In this document: in pieces, positions 59,164 to 64,000 of the stretch | Layout of the letters: the number at the start of each line of letters is the position of its first letter | Numbering within the stretch: position 1 is the first letter of the stretch | Assembly (NCBI GenBank): GCA_963665295.1 | Contig: OY762209.1 | Location: forward strand, 256,001-320,000 | Direction of reading: 5' to 3' | DNA: 64,000 nucleotides | Source: Syntrophorhabdaceae bacterium | GTDB lineage: Bacteria; Desulfobacterota; Syntrophorhabdia; Syntrophorhabdales; Syntrophorhabdaceae | Notes under the pieces: model-generated | What the model was told of the DNA's origin: nothing | Database searches by the model: none | Seen by the model: only the letters and a program-made list of their open reading frames with translations | Program-made: the position numbers and the translations under genes

Positions 59164-61149
59164 ATGTGTACTAGTCATGTGATCCCGGCGCACGGGTGGA
59201 ATATCGTCGAAAGGAGGCGTGTGGAAAAAGCTCTCAAAGAATCGGAAGACAGGTACAGGATCATTTTTGAGACAACGGCCTGCGCCACCGTAATCATCGA
59301 CGAGGACATGACCCTGTCTCTCGTGAACAGTGAATTTGAGAGGCTGTCGGGCCGCTCGAAAGAGGAGATAGAGGGCAAAACCAGTTGGATCGAGTTTCTC
59401 GAACCAAGGGACGTGGAGCGTGTGGCACGGTACCACTATCAACGGCGGGTGGACCCGAACGGCGCGCCCCGAAACTACGAGTTTCAATTTGTACGACGGT
59501 CGGGCGAGATAAGAACCATATTCATGACAAGCGCCCTGATCCCCGGCACAAGAAGAAATATCGCCTCCCTTCTCGACATAACCGACCGGGTGCAGGCCGA
59601 GAAGGCCCTGAGAGAAAGCGACAGGCGCTACCGGGCCCTCTTCGAGGAATCGAGCCACGCCCTCTACACCACTACCCTCGACGGCAAGTTGATTGACTGC
59701 AATCAGGCTATGCTCGACATCTTCGGTTATTCGAAGGAAGAGATACTGAGGATCAACATAGCTCAGATCTACGCAAATCCGCGGGACAGGGGCAGGCTTG
59801 AGCGGGACATCAAGAAACATGGCGTAGCGAGGGACCGCGAGGTACGGTTCAGGAGAAAGGACGGCACAGAGATCAGTTGTCTTCTCACTTCGGTCTTCCG
59901 GCGCTCCGGTACCGATCAGATCCTCGGCTACCAGGGGATCATCCATGACATAACGGAGCGGAAGATCGCGGAAGAAGCCCTTCGGGCCAACAAGGACAAG
60001 CTTGAGGCCATGGTCGCCGAGAGGACCGCGGAACTCCGGAACGCCAACGAAAGACTGACCCTGGCCCTGAGCAAGGGTAAACGCATAGAAATCATGATGT
60101 GGAAAGGCGCGAAGCAGTACAAGAACCTCTACGAAAACTCCCCCTTGGGCATGTACCGCGCAAACCCCGACGGTCGTCTCCTTATGGCGAACCCTGCCCT
60201 TGTCAGGATGCTGGGATACGCCTCTTTTGTGGAAATCGCCTCCACGGGAAGTAAATGGGGGGACTACGAGCCAAATTACCTGCAGCCCGATTTCAAAAAG
60301 TGCCTTGCGGAAGACGACAGGGTGAGGGGCTACGAAGGCGCGTGGAAGCAGCCCGACGGCACTACTATTTTCGTAAGAGAAAACGCAAAAGCTACCCGGG
60401 CGCAGGACGGGACCGTCCTTTACTGCGAAGGCACGGTGGAGGACATCACGGAACAGAAAAAGGCCGAGGAGAAGATCGAGATGTACCAGGAAGAGTTGCG
60501 ATCCCTCGCTTCCGAACTCTCCTTTGCGGAGGAGAGGGAAAGGCGCCGTGTTGCGGGAATCCTTCATGACGACGTGGGCCAACTTCTCGCGGTCTCGAAA
60601 ATAAAGCTCGGCAGTCTCGCGCAACCAACGCTCTCCCCGGAACTGCAGGGCCAGATCGATGAAGTGCGGCGTCTGGTGGAACAGGCCATCAGCCGTACCC
60701 GTTCCCTCACTCTGGAACTGAGTCCTCCCGTGCTGCATGAACTCGGGTTCGTTGCCGCCGTCGAATGGCTCGGCGAACAGATGGAGAAGATCCACGGCTT
60801 CAACTTTGCCTTCTGCAACGACGAGGTGCCCAAGCCTGTTGACGAGGATGTGGGGATTTTTCTCTTCACCTCCGTTCGCGAACTCCTCGTCAATGTGGCG
60901 AAGCACGCCCACGCCAGCAAAGTGCAGGTATCCGTGACAAAGAACGGGGAGGAGGTGGTGGTCGAGGTGGCCGATGACGGGAGAGGCTTCCTGCCGAACA
61001 AGGCCGATGTGAGGTCCAGGGGCTTCGGCCTCTTCAGCATAAGGGAACGGCTCCAGCACTTGGGGGGCCATATGTCGATCGATTCGGTACCCGGCAAAGG
61101 TACGGTCATTACCCTTTCCGCCCCGGCGAGAATGAGCAGGACAAGCTGA
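59164..61149 (+). CDS. multi-PAS sensor histidine kinase (HisKA_3 type)
   Basis: Three PAS domains, EERERRRVAGILHDDVGQ, NVAKHA, DDGRGF, GFGLFSIRER. Confidence 0.93.
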   Translation: MCTSHVIPAHGWNIVERRRVEKALKESEDRYRIIFETTACATVIIDEDMTLSLVNSEFERLSGRSKEEIEGKTSWIEFLEPRDVERVARYHYQRRVDPNGAPRNYEFQFVRRSGEIRTIFMTSALIPGTRRNIASLLDITDRVQAEKALRESDRRYRALFEESSHALYTTTLDGKLIDCNQAMLDIFGYSKEEILRINIAQIYANPRDRGRLERDIKKHGVARDREVRFRRKDGTEISCLLTSVFRRSGTDQILGYQGIIHDITERKIAEEALRANKDKLEAMVAERTAELRNANERLTLALSKGKRIEIMMWKGAKQYKNLYENSPLGMYRANPDGRLLMANPALVRMLGYASFVEIASTGSKWGDYEPNYLQPDFKKCLAEDDRVRGYEGAWKQPDGTTIFVRENAKATRAQDGTVLYCEGTVEDITEQKKAEEKIEMYQEELRSLASELSFAEERERRRVAGILHDDVGQLLAVSKIKLGSLAQPTLSPELQGQIDEVRRLVEQAISRTRSLTLELSPPVLHELGFVAAVEWLGEQMEKIHGFNFAFCNDEVPKPVDEDVGIFLFTSVRELLVNVAKHAHASKVQVSVTKNGEEVVVEVADDGRGFLPNKADVRSRGFGLFSIRERLQHLGGHMSIDSVPGKGTVITLSAPARMSRTS

Positions 61150-61162
61150 AAGTGAGGACACC

Positions 61163-61816
61163 ATGACGACCAGAGTTATGCTCGCGGACGACCATAAAAT
61201 TATGCGGGAAGGGTTGAAGGCCCTTCTCGAAAAGCAGCCGGACCTCGAAGTGGCGGCCGAGGCCGAGAACGGTCTGGATGCTGTCCGGCTCGCAAAGAAA
61301 CTGATGCCCCACATAGTCATAATGGATATCGGCATGCCGGGATTGAACGGCATCGAGGCGACCCGCCGGATCACGGCGGACCTTCCCTCGACGAAAGTCA
61401 TCGCCCTTTCAATGCACTCGGACAAGAGATTCGTCATTGAGATGCTCAAGGCGGGCGTGTCCGCATACCTCCTCAAGGACAGCGCATCGGAAGAACTGGT
61501 TTCCGCCATCCGCACGGTTCTCGCCGGCAAACCCTATCTCAGTCCCAAAATAACCGGCGTGGTGCTCCAGGATTACCTGAGCACCCTTTCGAAAACAGGT
61601 CCCAACGCCTTCACCCTCCTTACGCCGCGGGAAAGAGAAGTGCTCCAGCTCATTGCCGAAGGACGTACGACAAAACAAATCGCCTCCGCCCTTTTTGTAA
61701 GTGCGAAAACGGTAGATACCCATCGCCAGCAGCTCATGGAGAAGCTCAACCTGCGGAGCGTCGCGGAACTGACGAAGTATGCCATACGCGAAGGGCTGAC
61801 CTCTCTCGATCCTTAA
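61163..61816 (+). CDS. NarL/LuxR-family response regulator
   Basis: LADDH, MDIGMP, LTPREREVLQLIAEG. Confidence 0.95.
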   Translation: MTTRVMLADDHKIMREGLKALLEKQPDLEVAAEAENGLDAVRLAKKLMPHIVIMDIGMPGLNGIEATRRITADLPSTKVIALSMHSDKRFVIEMLKAGVSAYLLKDSASEELVSAIRTVLAGKPYLSPKITGVVLQDYLSTLSKTGPNAFTLLTPREREVLQLIAEGRTTKQIASALFVSAKTVDTHRQQLMEKLNLRSVAELTKYAIREGLTSLDP

Positions 61817-62081
61817 GGACCGGACCCCTGCGGCTTCCCGTACTTCCCCCCGGGCCGCGGGCTTCACCTCCCCTCACAATCCACCAGCCCCCGTATCAGC
61901 CATTCCCACCCCTCCTTTCAGGCTTTTTTGCGGGGAATCCCGGGGATAGCCCGATACCCTTATTTTCTGTGGAGCGTTAACATAGAACTATATACCGGGC
62001 GGCCCCATCGGATGCACCACAAGGTTCGGTTCAAGGGCAAAGCAAAAGGGTATGGGCCGACAGGCCGACAAAGGAGGAATC

Positions 62082-64000
62082 ATGACTAAGCATGTCTATT
62101 TTTTTGGAGGACGGAAAGCGGAGGGCGAAATGGGGCTCAAGAACCTCCTCGGGGGAAAAGGGGCAAACCTCGCCGAAATGGTCAACCTGGGCATCCCCGT
62201 TCCGCCGGGCTTCACCATAACCACCGAGGTGTGCGCCCTGTTCTACGACAACCATATGCAGTTTCCCCCGTTACTGAAGGAAGAGGTGCTCGCCAATTTG
62301 AGGAAGGTGGAAGAGATGATGGACATGAGGCTCGGCGATCCCACGAACCCCCTTCTTCTCTCCATACGGTCGGGGGCAAGGGCGAGCATGCCCGGCATGA
62401 TGGATACGGTCCTGAACCTCGGTCTCACGAGTTCGACGGTAACCGCCCTCGCGAACCTCACGGGGAACGAATGGTTTGCCTGGGACTGCTATCGGCGGTT
62501 CGTGGCCATGTATGGAGACGTGGTGCTCGGCCTTAAACCGGAGAACAAGGGAGAAGAGGACCCCTTTGAGATACTCATCGACCGGCGGAAGAAGGCCCGG
62601 GGGATAAGGCTGGACACCGAGTTCACCAGGGACGACCTGGAAATCCTCGTCACGGATTTCAAGCAGACCATCAAGGAAAAACTGAACGTGGATTTCCCTG
62701 AAGACCCTATGGAACAGTTGTGGGGGGCAATCGGCGCGGTGTTCAAATCATGGATGAACGACCGGGCCATAGCCTACCGGAAGCTGAACAACATACCCGC
62801 CGCATGGGGGACGGCCGTAAACGTCCAGTCCATGGTTTTCGGCAATATAGGCCGGGATTCGGGCACAGGGGTCGCCTTTACGAGAAACCCTTCCACGGGA
62901 GAAAACGCCTTCTACGGCGAGTATCTCCTCAATGCCCAGGGTGAGGACGTGGTGGCCGGGACAAGGACGCCCCAACCCATCAACAGGAAGCAGAAGACGG
63001 ACCCCGCGACCCCTTGCCTCGAGGAGGAAATGCCCGAAGCCTATAACCGGCTCCTCGAAATAAGGGCCACCCTTGAACGCCATTTCAAGGAGATGCAGGA
63101 CGTGGAGTTCACCATCCAGCGTGGGAAACTCTGGATGCTCCAGACCCGAAACGGGAAAAGGACCGCCTTCGCCGAGTTCAGGATTGCAGTGGACATGGTG
63201 AAAGAGGGACTCATCGACAAGGAGGAAGCGCTCATGCGGGTAAGTCCGGACGGTCTTAATCAGATCCTCCGTCCCGTCTTCGATCCGGAAGAGGTGCGGC
63301 GGGCCCTCAAGGAGGACAGAATGGTAGTGAGGGGCCTCAATGCGGGTCCCGGTGCGGCGACGGGAAGGGTCGTCTATAACGCGGAGGACGCGGAGGCCTG
63401 GGCCGCAGATGGCGAAAAGGTGATCCTCGTCCGGATAGAGACCTCGCCGGAGGATATCAGGGGCATGAACGCGGCAGAGGGGATTCTTACGTCCCGGGGC
63501 GGCATGACAAGTCACGCGGCCCTTGTGGCGAGACAGATGGGCAAGGTCTGCGTCGCGGGATGCGGTGAACTGGACATCAGCTATCGGACCAAAACGATCA
63601 GCATTAAAGGGAAGACCATCAAGGAAGGTGATTACATATCCATTAACGGCACCACCGGAGAGGTATTCACGGGCAAGGTGAAGACCATACCGTCGGAGGT
63701 GCTCGCAGTCCTCGTCTTCAAGACCATGAAAGCCGAAGATTCCCGGATATACGGAGATTTCGAATCTCTCATGAAATGGGCCGACGAGACAAGACGTCTC
63801 GGGGTGCGGACCAATGCGGACCAGCCCGACCAAGCCGCGGTTGCCGTCGCCTTCGGCGTCGAGGGCATAGGTCTCTGCCGGACCGAGCATATGTTCTTTG
63901 AGGGAGAGAGGATCGACGCGGTGCGGGAAATGATTGTCGCCCAGGACCTGGAAGGACGCAAGAAGGCCCTTGCCAAACTTCTCCCCATTCAAAGGGAGGA
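62082..64000 (+). CDS. ppdK: pyruvate, phosphate dikinase (3' end runs off window)
   Basis: Manual translation MTKHVYFFG...[55 protein letters not shown]. Confidence 0.97.
   Translation, partial: MTKHVYFFGGRKAEGEMGLKNLLGGKGANLAEMVNLGIPVPPGFTITTEVCALFYDNHMQFPPLLKEEVLANLRKVEEMMDMRLGDPTNPLLLSIRSGARASMPGMMDTVLNLGLTSSTVTALANLTGNEWFAWDCYRRFVAMYGDVVLGLKPENKGEEDPFEILIDRRKKARGIRLDTEFTRDDLEILVTDFKQTIKEKLNVDFPEDPMEQLWGAIGAVFKSWMNDRAIAYRKLNNIPAAWGTAVNVQSMVFGNIGRDSGTGVAFTRNPSTGENAFYGEYLLNAQGEDVVAGTRTPQPINRKQKTDPATPCLEEEMPEAYNRLLEIRATLERHFKEMQDVEFTIQRGKLWMLQTRNGKRTAFAEFRIAVDMVKEGLIDKEEALMRVSPDGLNQILRPVFDPEEVRRALKEDRMVVRGLNAGPGAATGRVVYNAEDAEAWAADGEKVILVRIETSPEDIRGMNAAEGILTSRGGMTSHAALVARQMGKVCVAGCGELDISYRTKTISIKGKTIKEGDYISINGTTGEVFTGKVKTIPSEVLAVLVFKTMKAEDSRIYGDFESLMKWADETRRLGVRTNADQPDQAAVAVAFGVEGIGLCRTEHMFFEGERIDAVREMIVAQDLEGRKKALAKLLPIQRE

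Noticed and set aside
58945..61530. 1256-aa ORF suggesting a giant MFS fusion
   Set aside because: The upstream part is the antisense shadow of the sensor kinase and response regulator; only 57760..58944 looks like a real protein.
61890..61960. NarL-type binding sites upstream of ppdK
   Set aside because: Only weak dyad-like sequences, not distinguishable from background by eye.

Overview
GC-rich bacterial chromosomal window. Gene content suggests an anaerobic Desulfobacterota (Syntrophorhabdaceae-like); this is an inference. Housekeeping genes (rph, trxB, ssb, typA, mtgA, uppS, tolQRA, tRNA-His, ppdK) are mixed with large secreted repeat proteins, a multicopper oxidase, an intact IS1634 and remnants of IS110 and IS200. 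The strongest hidden signals are: (1) an 11-heme periplasmic cytochrome c whose frame runs through an in-frame UGA with a SECIS-like hairpin (probable selenoprotein, split by the ORF caller), followed by an exported rhodanese; (2) a protein made almost entirely of 11 FliM-N/CheZ-C-like CheY-binding motifs, preceded by a sigma-28-like promoter (candidate CheY~P sponge); (3) an apparently intact two-arm bridge/seek-RNA-like structure from a truncated IS110, sitting between a sigma-54 promoter and the multicopper oxidase gene; (4) a family of ~160-nt covarying hairpin elements, two of which bracket a candidate structured GGA-loop ncRNA. All calls come from reading the sequence by eye; no searches or folding programs were run.
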